NCBI GenBank assembly: GCA_951406725.2
Contig: OX597814.1
Coordinates: forward strand, 165,912,001 to 165,976,000
Source of the DNA: Octopus vulgaris
Lineage: Eukaryota
DNA length: 64,000 nt
Reading direction: 5' to 3'
Shown here: piece after piece, positions 39,064 through 52,899 of the stretch
Layout: the number at the start of each line of letters is the position of its first letter
Numbering within the stretch: position 1 is the stretch's first letter
The notes under the pieces: model-generated
The model's input: the letters and a program-made list of their open reading frames with translations, nothing else
Told to the model about the DNA's origin: nothing
Databases searched by the model: none
Made by a program: the position numbers and the translations under genes

Positions 39064-39260
39064 CTCTACAATATTCTGTTTGCTGAACTGGTTGTGTCAT
39101 TGATTCATCAGCTGATGTGTCTTGGGACATATAATCCTCATTAGCAGAATCGTCACTGTCTGCATCACTGGCAGATTTATCTGTTTTGTAGTTCTGGAAA
39201 CCACCACCTGACCCATAGCAGCCTTTAGTTTTGCCACGATGGTATTTTAAACCGTTGGCA
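39064..39260 (-). CDS. HBP1: HBP1-like exon: second half of zinc finger 2 and acidic Ser/Asp-rich linker
   Basis: Polypyrimidine tract + CAG acceptor (39261-39263). AG|T makes Ser, then ANGLKYHRGKTKGCYGSGGGFQNYKTDKSASDADSDDSANEDYMSQDTSADESMTQPVQQTEYCR. Donor GTATTA, phase 1. Confidence 0.85.
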
Positions 39261-39976
39261 CTGAAAATAGAAAAGAAAAGAGTAAATTATTAGAAAAAAA
39301 TATCAAAAGCAAAACAACAAAATATAGTCAAAAAATGAAATTTAAATAATAGCATTCACAAAGATCACACCAACTCAGTAGTTTGATGAGTACAAGATTA
39401 TTTTTTATTGGAAAACTAACAAAAGTGAAAGGTCATGACCCTATTCTTGTAAACAGTTTTAACTTCTCACTCAAATTTCCAACACACCAATCCTTTAAAA
39501 CAATAGGATGGTCCATCTAGGAAGTGACCTGAGATTTCAAATCCACTTCCCTTATTATAATTAGATTTTTCTATCTTTCTTTCTCTCTCTCTCTCTTTCT
39601 TCATCACTCCCTCTACCTATCTCTTTGTCTCTCCTTGTCTAGTCTCAGTAACTATTTTAGCAATTCAACTATTTTTAATGTTACATTTTAGTGCATCTAA
39701 AAATCATAAACTACTTTTATTTTTCACATAAACATAAAACAAGAATGGATAATTCAGAAGCTGACTACAATAAAAATGGGCAATTTAAAAGAACCTCTGT
39801 AGCTATTCAGTGTATAAAAAAAATCTTACTGTACTTTTATAATTAAATATTATTTAGGAATTATATTAAAAAAATTAAAATATATTATATATATGACAGC
39901 AGTATAAGCAATTAATTGTACATAAATGTTAACAATAAAATCTATCAATGTGGATCCCGGCTGAGAAATGCTTTAA

Positions 39977-40197
39977 CCCTTTAGTGTTCGCATTATTCTG
40001 CCAAAATTTATGCTTTTTCATCCACACTGTTTTGAACTAATCATGCATTATCTTGTAGCTATGAGATTTTGATGAGGTAGCTGTTAATTTTTAAAACGAT
40101 ATTGTAGGGTTGGTGTGAGAGACCAGATCTGGCCAGTTTGAACATAAAACAGGTAGAATATTTTTGGCTGGATATGGCCGATTTAAATGCTAAAGGG
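39977..40197. mobile_element. piggyBac-type MITE (TTAA TSD)
   Basis: TTAA|ccctttagtgttc..aaatgctaaaggg|TTAA. Related copies at ~48905-49112 and ~23755-23935, and a fragment at ~47113-47155. Confidence 0.82.
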
Positions 40198-40876
40198 TTA
40201 AACTAATACTTATTCAAATACTTCCTCACAGATTTACACTCCATTGAAATTCCTGTCCTGATCACATATTCCTTAAACCTACTAACCATCAACAAGTCAA
40301 TATTAACCACATTAATCTTTCCTAATTACCTGAAATAGAAAAATAAGGTCAAAAATATATGAGCAAGCCATTTTCTTTATGTATTAACAAACTCAAACAA
40401 CAAAAACAAAATATTCTATATCAACGAAAAATTTCCTCCTTAACTCTAAATACATGTCTTCTTCGTGCTACTAATAATCTAAACATATATGTTAGATGTT
40501 AACATCACTGCATATTTTCATTTAACCCTACTCCTCTACTCTGCCTTACTGATAAACTTGTGTTGCCCTGTCACAGCTGGTTACCATTATCTTAAGATAA
40601 AGGTACCCAGAGTATATCAAGCATTTTCAATAGTGATTCTACTTTTTGGGAATCAAGCCTGACAGAAGTAAGAACCCATGGAATAAATTCATTTTGCTGC
40701 ATATCAAATCAAGATACTAGAAATAGCAAACACTTAAAGTAGGTAGCTAACTAAGCAGTCACACTAAAACTGAAATGCTCTCAGTTCAAATAGTAACTTT
40801 TTTTCTCTTAATATGCATGTATGTAGTGCACTTTAGAAATAAGATGAATGGTGGTAGTATGATTAAAGACAGAGAA

Positions 40877-40907
<31 letters not shown>

Positions 40908-41021
40908 GTTGACATTGGAGCTTCACATAGCCCTGAAAGCTCATCAGATCCTGTCAAACCTTCCAATGACATGCCAGTATAGAAACAAAAGTTGAATGAG
41001 GAATTTATACATTATACATAC

Positions 41022-41081
<60 letters not shown>

Positions 41082-41444
41082 TAGCCATAAGTCAAAAATA
41101 ACAAATACTCAATATAAGTACCAAAGCAGGTGTATTTTTATATTGTCAAGCAATAAATTGTTTGTTATGTCGGAGATTATATTACAATATGACACCATGT
41201 GGTTTTGTTTTATAGCTGCTTCTCTGGCTGTTTGCTTATACATTGTCACAAAAGACTTGCATTATATTTTCTTTGCAAATTTCAAGTTGTATAATCTCAG
41301 ATACTCTATCAAGAACAATCCTAAACCATATAAACAAAAAAAAGTTGTCAATATTATCTAGTGGCATTATTTAACATGAAACCAACAGTATCATTATGAC
41401 CATTTATATGTCAGAACTAGTAATATATTATTTGACAATATAAT

Positions 41445-41497
<53 letters not shown>

Positions 41498-42049
41498 CTA
41501 CGATCACCTTTAATATCTTTGTTTATTTATACCTGAAAGGTTAAATATAAAACTGTCTATAAAAACACTTCCTGTACAAGAGAATACTTGTTCTTGATAT
41601 ATAGGCAAAAAGCCTGGCTCTTAACCAAACTTTTCTGCTAAGGAAGCCAAACGCTGAAATGTGTTAAGAGTTATCTTCCCTATTCGCCAGAAAAACCATC
41701 ATCATCAGCAGCAGCAGCATCATAATAATAATCCTTTCAACTAAAGGCATAAAGTCTGACATTCTGGGGTAGGGGACTAGTTGATTATATCAACCCCAGT
41801 GTTTCACTGGTACTTAATTTATCAACCCCAAAAGGATGAAAAGCAAAGTCAATCTCAGTGGAATTTGAACTCCAGAACATAAAAATGGACAAAATGCCAC
41901 TAAGCATTTTTCCTGGCATGCAAATGATTCTGCCAGTTCACCTTGCTGTTGCTGTTGTTGTTGATGATGATAATGATGATAATCCAACTTGGAAAGTCCA
42001 ATGAAACAACCACGATAGGACTCCAAATGTAACTCCAAAGTTACACTAA

Positions 42050-43085
42050 CTGGATGATACGGCTAGTAAGGCAATGTGAACAGAAGAAAAAACTACACTT
42101 AGTCTCAAAAGAGGCATATAAATACAGAGCATAACCTCCCTGATTATGATGATAAAGAGGACACACCACCCACTAAGGCAGTAAAAAAGTGTAAAACAAA
42201 AACCAAACAGGAAAACTTGAAGGTAATATCGAGAGTGTGTCAAGAAAATCCATTGCATGGGCAATACTCCAAACAAAATGAGGAAGCTGATATAGATATA
42301 TGAAAAAGTCATCAGTGGCTGCTGAGTGCTGGTTTGAAAGCTGAAACAGTAGGATTTATCCTAGTAGCACAAGATCAGAGTCTTCTCACCCAGAACTATC
42401 AAGCTAATGTCACACACAATGAGGTAGACAAAGTGTAGACTCTGTAATGACAAACTGGAGAGTATTTTGGTTACATTGTTGCCAGTTGCTCAGTCTTTGC
42501 CCCAGCAGAATATAAAACCAGGCATGGTTGAGTTGGCCAATACTTGCACTGGAGCGTATGCTATCACTATGATATCTTGCACCCTAAGAACTGGTATGAA
42601 TGCCATCCAGAGCCAGTCACCGAGGAGAGAATGTTACCATCCTATGGGTTTATGAGATACATACAGACAGGCAAATAAATACTAACAGATCAGACATTGT
42701 TATCAAAGACCCAAGACAAAAATACATGCCTGTTAATTGATATGACAATGCCTACTGATGAACATGTCAGTAAGCGAATTTGAAAAACTGTTGAAATATA
42801 AGGACCTTGAGACTGAAATATCTAGGACATGGCAATTAAAAACCAAAACCATCCCTGTTGTTGTAGATTCCCTGAGAATGGTCAAGAAAGGAAGTGACAA
42901 ATTTTTACCAGATCCCTGAGAAACCAACAATCTATGAGATTCAAAAAATTATGTTGACATCAACCACCCATGTTCTCAGAAAGTTTCTCTCCATCTAATA
43001 TATACGTACCTTAGGTCTGTGATTGAGACCTGGTTGGAAGATGAAATAAAATACAAATCATTTGGAAAATGATAATGATGATGAT
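42050..43085 (+). mobile_element. Degenerate Dong/R4-clade LINE 3' fragment
   Basis: LKAETVGFILVAQDQSLLTQNY, CRLCNDKLES, DIVIKDPRQNTCLLIDMT and KYKDLETEISRTWQLKTKTIPVVV, followed by a (TGA/TAA)n tail. Confidence 0.82.
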
Positions 43086-43339
43086 GATAATTTCAAATTT
43101 TGGCACAGGCCAGCAAGATCAGAGATCCCAGCTCTCAACTGGTATTTATTTTATCGATTCCAGAAGGATGAAAGGTAAAGCTGACCTCAGTGGAATTTGA
43201 ACTTAGAACATAATAATGTACAAAATGCCACTCAGCATTTTGCCTGACATGCTAATGAAACTGCCAGCTCACAACAACAACAACAGTAAAAAAAAAATGA
43301 ATGAAAAGGGAAAAAAATATAAACATTGCTGAGAAATGA

Positions 43340-43570
43340 ACCAAATAAAAGAGGCTTTGTAACAGATGGCTAAAAGAGATTGGAAAAGAATACTCGGTAG
43401 AGCTCCTACAGAAAGTTTGTCTCTTAGGGACAGCAAGGATTATCAGGAGGGTTCTAAGCACGTGAAAAACTGCTGAAAACTTGTGGATACCTAAAGTTAC
43501 AGGTAGTAACCTGCTACCCACATAAATTCTACAAGGAATAAGACCGAACCTGAACCAAACCAAAATATTA
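43340..43570 (+). mobile_element. Very short Dong/R4-like LINE 3' end
   Basis: WLKEIGKEYSVELLQKVCLLGTARIIRRVLST* followed by a short UTR. Confidence 0.7.
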
Positions 43571-45423
43571 TAACATCAATTTTCCATGCTGGTATGGATT
43601 GGATGCTTTGACAGGAACTTGCAAGTCAGGAGACTATGCCAAAGTACAACTATTTTCCACTCAATGAGTATTTGAGCTTCAGCTTTTTAAAGTTCCTTGC
43701 ATAAATATTTTACCCATTTGCCTATATTATTCCAAATTTTGGCCAACTCTCTCAGCTTTTAAGTTTCCCTTGTAGTTTTATTACTGAATAACTGTTTACT
43801 GATAAGACTTTGCTGAACATTTAAAACCCTGAAATATAACATACTAAAGAAGAGACTATATTATGATACACTCCAAAAAATATTGTGTAACATTAAAAAG
43901 AAAAAATTAATATAATTGTTCTAAGGTACCAATAACAATATTATCATTATCTTTTCAGAGACACTCAATTCTCAAGTGAAATCTAGAGTACAACAGGCAT
44001 ATATTATCTGCTCTAAATTTTTCCTAGATATAAAATGGTTAATGTATAAATGCTGTATCTCACAAACTCATGCGTATCCAGTCAACAGCTTCTTTCCATC
44101 AAGTTTACTGGTTCTCAACCTTTTGTAACTCAGTACCCTTTTCATTGAATGGTGTTTTACAAATCTTCCCTTACCTCATGTTGCAAAAGAAAAGTAAAAA
44201 AAAAAAAAGACACAAAAACAAACACCACTGAAGCTATGCATATTTTCTTATATTTATCCCATCTTTGGAATGAACTAAAGCCCCTAATGTTAAATTTTTA
44301 CAGAAATTACTAAAGCAAGTAAGGACTTATTAAATGAAATTATGCTGGAATTTAGTATATCAGTCCTTCTCATTTTAATACAAGATTTATTGTTTTAAAT
44401 AAAAAGATGTGTTTTAAGTTTAAGTTATGTACTTGGTTTGAATATTTTATTTCAAATAAAAATCATAACTCCTCTAAATCCTCTTATAAGCTCCCAATGC
44501 CCCAGGTGGGGGAGCGCAACAACTTATGTTAAGAACCACTTGATGAAGGTGATTTAGACTTTGAAAATAGCTGGACAATTCTCTCTAATAATCATCCTTA
44601 TCTACTAAACAAATAAACAGATTTTATGCAAAACACCACATGCATTTATCACTACTTATAAGTAAGCACTGAGATGGTGACAGAAATACACCCTTCTGAA
44701 ATACTTTTTTTGTCCGTGATAAAAAAATATGCTAACCTCATATATTCATCCAGATTATCCAACTACACTGAGAACAAAGTAAACTTTAGAAAAACTTTAC
44801 TGATAAGATGTCAAGATGACACTGCTAAGAAATATTAATTAATCATTATTGCTGATATCCAACATGCACTAACAAAAAAAATTAATATTGGACTATTAAT
44901 GAACAATGAAGAAAATTGGCTTTAACTCAGTACTTCATCAAAATTAAATTACAGAAAAGTTATAAGTTAGTGTATGCATATACATAACTAGTTCAAACTA
45001 AATATTTTGAGGAAATGCACAAGACGAGTGTCAAGTCATGGTAAAAGACTCGGCTGCAAACTGAATGTATAAAATTTCCTATCACACTGTACTCCCATAC
45101 AATCAAACAATATATAGCAGAACGTACAGTTCTAAACCAGAGTGAATCATGATGTAACTGATTGTAGTACAACTGTAGGTCATTAGAACTTCAGTTTTGA
45201 AAGGAGCTGCTCAATTTAACTGGTTTCTAACATAGAATACTTAAAAACAAAAATTGATAGAAGAAAGGAAATGCAATATTAAATGTATAAAAATTAGTGT
45301 GTTGTTGAAATTAACTGCTTACCTCTGGGTTGACATTATGTCATTAAATTAATTACAACTACCAGAATTGTACCCATCTTCCAGTCACACATTCTCATAC
45401 AAGCTGTAGTGAATATATATCTA

Positions 45424-45825
45424 TGTCAGATAACATGTATACAACCCAAGAGCAACCCAAAGGTGAATGTGATAGGAGAGGTAGGAAATCAGAATTTCAT
45501 AGCAGCACACAACCTTATTATGGTTGTAGCTGGTTAATTCAAGAGAATGCTGATGAGCTAGAAGCTGCATCCTTCAGCAACAAGCTTTCTCTTCATTGCT
45601 CCGCCCAACTCTCTTTTTCTTTCTCTCCCCAGGCCATCCAAAATAGATCCTGCCCACACTTAGATTCCACTTCACCACCACCACCACTTTCAGAACTAGT
45701 ATAGTAGCTTCACCTAACAGTACACCCACAGTAACGTTCTCAGCTTTCAACCGAAATTACCCACCCCGACTCCCTGTGCAGTGGGGTTTGACAACCAAAA
45801 CTGGGCGACCCTCCATTTCCTAACA
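45424..45825 (-). mobile_element. Probable solo LTR
   Basis: GC-richer ~400-bp block bounded by TG..CA with near-inverted termini (TGTCAG/TGTTAG). Flanks TCTA/TCAA match at 3 of 4 positions, a possible 4-bp TSD. Confidence 0.5.
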
Positions 45826-46675
45826 TCAACAACAACAAACATAGCTAAATAAACACTCAAACAAGAGACACAGAGATACAAAAATAAGGAGGCAGACATG
45901 CCAGCCAGTTTCACTCCTCCTTTTCTTCAGAGATTTTGTTGTCGTTTTTTTCTCACACAAATACAAAAAGATGCCTGTTATCATTAATTTTAGCAAACCT
46001 TTCTACTAGTTTCACTTATTCTTGTTGTTACTCTACCCTTCCCTCCTTTATAACATGTAGTTTGTGAAATACAATGAACAGTAACAGATATGTGAATGCA
46101 TGAATTTATATAAGTGTGCCTTAAGTGAGTGTGTGTGCATAACAAACTAGATAGCAGTCTATACTTAAGGCTGTGCTTAAACAAGGTAGGAAGTTTAGAG
46201 AAGTGAAGTTATTGCAACTCCGATTTCTACTTTAGAGTATTTTGGTGCTCCTCGTGTCCAAATTTAAATTCCTCTAGTGTTAATCTTGCCTTTCAGCCAG
46301 ATGGTGTCAGAGAAACAAAACCAAGTAAAGAGCTGATTTAATCAACTCTACACTCTCTCAGGGAAAATTAAATTAAGATAATATTAGCAAATATTATTTT
46401 TCAGTAGTCTTATTTTTATTACATGCATTCAGTGGGTTTTTATTCTGCTTTTTTATGTGCTTTTATTGTACTGAAAGAACTCCATGTAATATGTAGGAAG
46501 TGCTTTAGTAATGTTATTTTCTGTATGTTGTGCATACGCATAAAACCTAAGATTTTTGTCTAATCACTTCTGAAACACCTATATTTATTTTAGGGATTAT
46601 CTAATTTCAGCTATCAAATTCTGGTTTACTTTACTGATATTTGAATAATTTTTTAGATTTCTTTTGAGGACGCAT

Positions 46676-46676
46676 A

Positions 46677-46711
<35 letters not shown>

Positions 46712-47043
46712 CATTATTATTATTATTATTATTATTCAGTAGTTTTATTTTTATAGCGTGCTTTCACTTTACTACCGAGCGCAGCTCTGTGTGCCTTGGG
46801 TATGTGCTGTGATTTGTTGTGATGCTCTGATGGTTATTGTATGGAAAGTGTTCTGCGTAGGATGTGTGCAGTGCCTAGTAGTGCAATTTTCTGTATGTTA
46901 TATGTGTTTGTAAGTCCTGGTGTTTTTGTTATGTATTTGTCTGAATATTTTTTTATCATGCCTAATGCACCTACTATGATAGGAATTGTTTCTGTTTTTA
47001 GATTCCACATTCTGGTTACCTCTATTTCCAGGTCTTTGTATTT
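46676..47043 (-). mobile_element. Short, well-preserved Dong/R4 LINE 3' end within (TAA)n
   Basis: KYKDLEIEVTRMWNLKTETIPIIVGALGMIKK..IQKIALLGTAHILRRTLSIQ*. (ATT)n on both sides on the plus strand. Confidence 0.87.
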
Positions 47044-47052
47044 TATTATATA

Positions 47053-47085
<33 letters not shown>

Positions 47086-47350
47086 CATTATTATTATTAT
47101 TATTATTATTATCCCTTCAGCATTTAAACTGGCCATATCCAGCCAAAATATTCCAGCCTTTCAGGGTCAATAAAATAAGTACCAGTCAAGCACTGTGGTG
47201 AATATAATTAATTAACCCCATTCATCAAAATTTCACAAAATGCCTAGTGACATCTTTGTCCATCTTTACACTTTGAGTTCAAGTTCTGGAGAGATTGATT
47301 TTGTCTTTCATCCTTTCAGGGTTCATAAAGTAAAGTACCAGTTGAGTAAT

Positions 47351-47656
47351 AATGTCGCCTTTTTCAAGCCTAGCCAGGCTCATGGGCCCAGTTTCCCAGT
47401 TTCTGTGGCGTGTGTGTTCCCCCTAGCTGGATGGGACACCAGTCCATCACAGCGTTACTCAAGAAACAGGAAGACAGAGTGAAAGAAAGTTGTGGCGAAA
47501 GAGTACAACAGGGGTAGCCACCACGCCCTGCTGGAGCCTCGTGGAGCTTTTAGGTGTTTTCGCTCAATAAACACACACAATGCCTGGTCTGGGAATCGAA
47601 ACCACAATCCTCTGACCGCGAGTCCGCTGCCCTAACTTCTGGGCCATTGCACCTCA
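47351..47656 (-). mobile_element. SINE family A nested in a family-B SINE, with 11-bp TSD
   Basis: AGTTGAGTAAT at 47340-47350 and 47657-47667. The host SINE core continues on both sides. Confidence 0.87.
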
Positions 47657-49652
47657 AGTTGAGTAATGGAGACAATGTAATCAACTAGCCCCCCTCTCTC
47701 AAAAATTTCAGGCTTTGTGCCTATAGTAGAAAGGATTATCATTATTATTATTATTATTAATACTATAACTACAACAAAAACTCAAAGTCTTAATTTGTAA
47801 AAGAAGGAAACAGTACCAAGTAACTTTTACAGACTTTAACAACATGGAGTGATATGAAAACTAAATGCACAATCCAGATGCTACGAATGCACATGGCAAA
47901 AACACAAAACACTTAACTTTCACTATCAATCTACATAAAACCTTTGCAAAAAAAAAAATTATCCGTTACAAACAACAAAATAGTGAACAGAACATCTGTG
48001 CTCAAATCTTATTAATGTCAACTAATGAACAAAAGTAACATGCTGGGATCAAAACAATAAACTGTAACTCTAGCCTTTCAAAAAATCAGCTTTTACATGA
48101 GAGAAATCACAATTATAATGGAAGTACTGATGGATCAATAAACATATGTGACCTGTTGTTATATTATAAGCATCTTTTAGGATAATTAAATGCATTTCTC
48201 ATATACTACTAAATGAAATCAAAATAGTAGACTTTATTTCAGAAATAAGAATATCATAACCAATAGTTTAGAAATAAATGTGCCTCATTCAAATCCACTC
48301 TACTACTATGTTACAAATGAAAGAATACATACACCAGTGACTTAGTAAGTCATCACCATCATCATTTTTACAAATGCTTCTCCAAGATGGCATGGGTTGG
48401 ATGGGTCCATTTTAAGAAAGGTTCTCCCCACCTGTTGCAGTCTTTGTCATCTTGCAGAGCTCACTAGTTTTTTCCCATACCTTCTTCAGCCTACCCTTTT
48501 CACAGGTTCCATCAATCTGCATCACTTCACTCTCTTCCATTCAACTATCATTCTTCATACACATCATTAGCCCATACAATTTCACCCCCCTTTTTCTTTT
48601 CTCCTTATACACTACAGTTGTCACCACTAACATTAAGTGATTTTTGCTTCATTTCTCAAACACATATTCAGAAAGGCATTCTTACATCATTTCTTTGCAG
48701 CTTTTACATATCCTCTATAACAGTCATGCAATAATGCCCTTTGTATTCAAGCATCATACAGTTTTCCCTGCATTTGTAGGGAGAAGTCCTTTGTCGCCAA
48801 ACCAAAAAATAACTCCCAGAACTTACCCCATTTCACCCAAAGTCTGGCTACTATCCCTTTGCAACACCCACCTATGCTATTGATCAATTCATAAATTATC
48901 AACATAACCCTTTAGCATTCAGATTACTTTGACAAATGTAATGCTTATTTATTCACATTGCTCTGAATTAATCACGCATTATTTTGTAGCTTCAAGATTC
49001 CAATGATGTGTTTGTATATTTTTAGAATAACATTATTAGAGTAGGTGTGAGAGGTTGGATCTGCTCAGTCTTAACATAAAGCAAGAAGAATATTTTGGCC
49101 GGATATGGTTAACAAGCTTTTTAAGTAGTTAGACTCCATTCCTTGAGTGCTCTTACTACAGAACAATTCCTGTGAATTTGTTATGTATGAAATCTTTCTA
49201 TAAAAATATTATTATCATTAGATTGGAAATGTAGACTCTTAGTTCAAATCAAATTCAATTATATGTATATATCCAGGAATAAAACACCAGATGATGATCA
49301 CAAAATCAAACTAACTGAAACAGTGAAAATGTAAGTATTAACACTTTTTTTTTCATCTCCTAAGACAAGATGAATAATTCAGAAAATTATAATCTTACTA
49401 ACAAATAATCTCAGACATTTAGAGAGTCAACAGAGTAGAGTGTTTACTAGATGACACAAAGAGGAGGCAGAAGTCAGATGTGAATGAGTGAACAATGAGC
49501 AAAATATAAAACCAATTAACTTTATACTTATAGATAAAGGGCAACAATGAGTTAGAGCAGCAAACATATACATATGCCTGTTTACATGAATAAACATTTA
49601 AAATATTAGAGAATTATAAAGAAGAACCATGTAATTGAAATTTTGGATAAAA

Positions 49653-49702
<50 letters not shown>

Positions 49703-50700
49703 GTGTGTGTGCATGTGTGTGTGCATGTTTGTATGCATAGCTGTTGATTCCCCATATCATAACTATGGCTATTTGCACAAATAGAAGAGGAAAAAAGTGT
49801 AACTTTGTTTATATTCTCTAGTAAATGAATGTTCACCAGACAAGAGAAGGCCAGTGCAATGAAAAAGGCCTTTCTTGAAAAATGTTCGGAGAGAAAGGAC
49901 AATAAGAGTATCAAGCTGTAGAAAATTTGCTTCGATAAGATTCGTCTGACCCATGCAAGCATGGAAAAACAGATGTAAAACCAATGATGATGATGATGAT
50001 GATCATCATCATCATCATACACACACACACATGTATGCAACACATTAACTGTACATGGACAGAAAAAAAATAAAGTGACCTGCTTCAAACTTTGGTAAAA
50101 ATAAATCATTCAAAAGAACAATGCAGTGAGCCTAGGATTATGACAGCAATAACAGCATCAACATAAATAGTCAGAAAAGGTTAAAATTAAGACATCTAAA
50201 CAACTGAAAGTAGAGGATAATGAAACACACACAAACAACTTATTTTAGGAGTGCCTGCTATGCAATGCCTTGAGTGTATGTGCACATGCAAGCATGTGTG
50301 TGTGTGTGTTTGTTTTTAAAACAATTGCATCTTGACATTTAAGAACACAAACTTTACATTTCACTATTTATTTTGAATAGAACCATGAAGTTCAAAAAAG
50401 TCTCATCACTGACATAATCTTGCTGCAACTACAATGACTTGAAGTATGTTTATATCATAAATTTCATTTGATAAAACAAACAAAAAAAAAAACTCACTTC
50501 CATTAATCAGCAACATTTGTGAGATTTATAGATTAGACACTATTATCAAATAAGACTAATAGTAATTTTTCAGAACATTTCCTCATATTCTATACTAACA
50601 TTATAAATAAATCTTTGTTTTCGTTTAAAATGTGCAACAGACAAAACTTGAAATCTCTAGTACTTTCTGAAGTGTTTACAGCTTTGAAAATAATCGTGTG

Positions 50701-50752
<52 letters not shown>

Positions 50753-51078
50753 TGTGCGTGTGTGTGTGTGTAGGTGTGTGTGTGTGTGTGAGTGAGCGCG
50801 CGTGTGTGTGTGTGTGTGATGATACACATCATCACTTTTAACATCCACTTTTCAGTGATTGCATGGGTCAAACGGAATCTGTTGAGACAGCCAAATATCC
50901 TTTCTGTTGCTGACATCCACTTCGTTCCGAAGTGAGATAATTTCCCCAGTCCAAAAATGCTTTCATTGAAGAGTGGAAATGAAGACTACCACTGCAACGA
51001 CAGTGATGCTCATTTAAAACTATCATGAAGCGTCAAGGCAAGGAGACACTAACACACACACACACACACATAAATACA

Positions 51079-51906
51079 CAGGGTGTTAGGGATAAATCTG
51101 ATGATTTTTTTTTAGTCTCCTTTTTTTCAGGAACAGCTTGATGTATTGGTGAACAGTGAACAGCATTGGAGAGCATAAAGATTACAGTTGAGAAAAAGTT
51201 AGCTGACATGGAGGATCGGGAGCCATTTGAATATTGGAAATGAGTTAACTGTACCATTATGATTCATGCCAGATATCAAAATGCTCACATCATGATTGCT
51301 GCTCAATCTGTGAACACTGTAAAGGCTGTAAGATGTGATATGGGCAGCTGCAATGGAGACTACAAAGCTATGGCTAGCAGGTCTTTGGATGTGTCTCCAG
51401 TGAGGGTGATATCATGCCACCCTCACATTTTTGAATAGGTGGTTATGCGAAACCACTGGAGATTGTGGTCAATCCATGACTGGAGAGGGTTGCTGCAAGG
51501 TCACATGTGTGGCAGTATGATTCAGCTCCTTGTCACACCTCCAGCAAGAGTTAGAAGTGGTTGCAGGAGAGTCTCTATGACTTCACTGTCCCATCTCCCT
51601 TTCAAATTGAGGTATGGTTGAAAAAGACACCAGACATTCAACCTGCAATATCAAGGCCCAAATGGTGGCCAAAGTCAAGGAGGTGTTCAAAGATCTTCCC
51701 AGGAAAGAATGCATGTGCCAGGTTCTGGAACCATCTTGAAGCTATGGTGGATGCTGAGGGTGGCTATTTTGAGTAAACTTTTATATCTCAGCCATAATCT
51801 AGTTTTTGAGTTTTTAAAATACTTTTATTTATTTATTTATTTTTTTTTTATGGGATAATGTTTTCTTTTCCTTTCATGCAAACTGTCAAATTTAGCCCAA
51901 ACACTG
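51079..51906 (+). mobile_element. Degenerate Tc1/mariner-superfamily element
   Basis: Imperfect TIRs cagggtgttagggataaatctga and tcaaatttagcccaaacactgtg. Transposase C-terminus ACARFWNHLEAMVDAEGGYFE*. Confidence 0.72.
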
Positions 51907-52899
51907 TGAGTGTGTGTGTGTGCATGTACACAAACACACACACAAGGCTCTGGTCGGTCAGGGGCTGTAATAGAAAGCACTTAGCTAAGGTACCATACAT
52001 TAGGGACTGATCCCAAGATCATTTGATTGAGAAGCAAACTTCAACTACACAACCACACCTGCACCTCACTACATATGTGTGTATACACACACACATTATC
52101 TTGGCTTGAACCATCAACTCTTGATGGAGTCACAGAGCATGGGGTAACATGCTTTACAGCTTCAGTAATTTTGTTTTATATATATAGAGATATATTTTAC
52201 TTGCATTTGAGTATTTGGGGTATAGAAATGAATTCAGTTTGTATTTATAATTATATCTGCATCCTTAATAAAATGAAACTAAAACAACAGCATTTTGAAT
52301 TTCCAGAAAAAACAAAACCATTAATACTTTCAAATTAAACAAAATATATTCATACACTCATGCAAAAGGAATATAATTATGCATAAGAAAATAAAACTAC
52401 TGCAACAGTACTTAACCTAGCACAGCTCAATTTCTGATTAAAAGAAAGAATTTTTTATATATATACTAGCATACCAATTAGCTCATGTTAAGCTCAGAGT
52501 AGCAATCAAGATAGTAATAACTCCCACTTAACAAACAAGGTAGAAAAATAAACACCAAAGAAGCCCATAGCCCACAAAACACCAGCAGTAAAGCAGATAC
52601 ATTGTATGCTATCTGCATTCATCAAAGAACAGTACACAGAAGCAGTGTGGTCTGCAGCAGTGGAGCAAAAAGATTTTTTAAGTGTAACACAGAAAAATAA
52701 TGCAGCAGTTGTCATGATAACAAAAAAATTTAACCAAAGTCATGCACACCCACACATGAGGACACTACAAATAACAGATCCAGGACAGCCATCATTGTTA
52801 CCATAGCAAATATTACACCAATTCTACTACTAAATATCAGAGGCTTGTTATAGCTCAATAGCAATGGCAAAATTTCATTCCTGAGAGAGTTTTCTGCAT

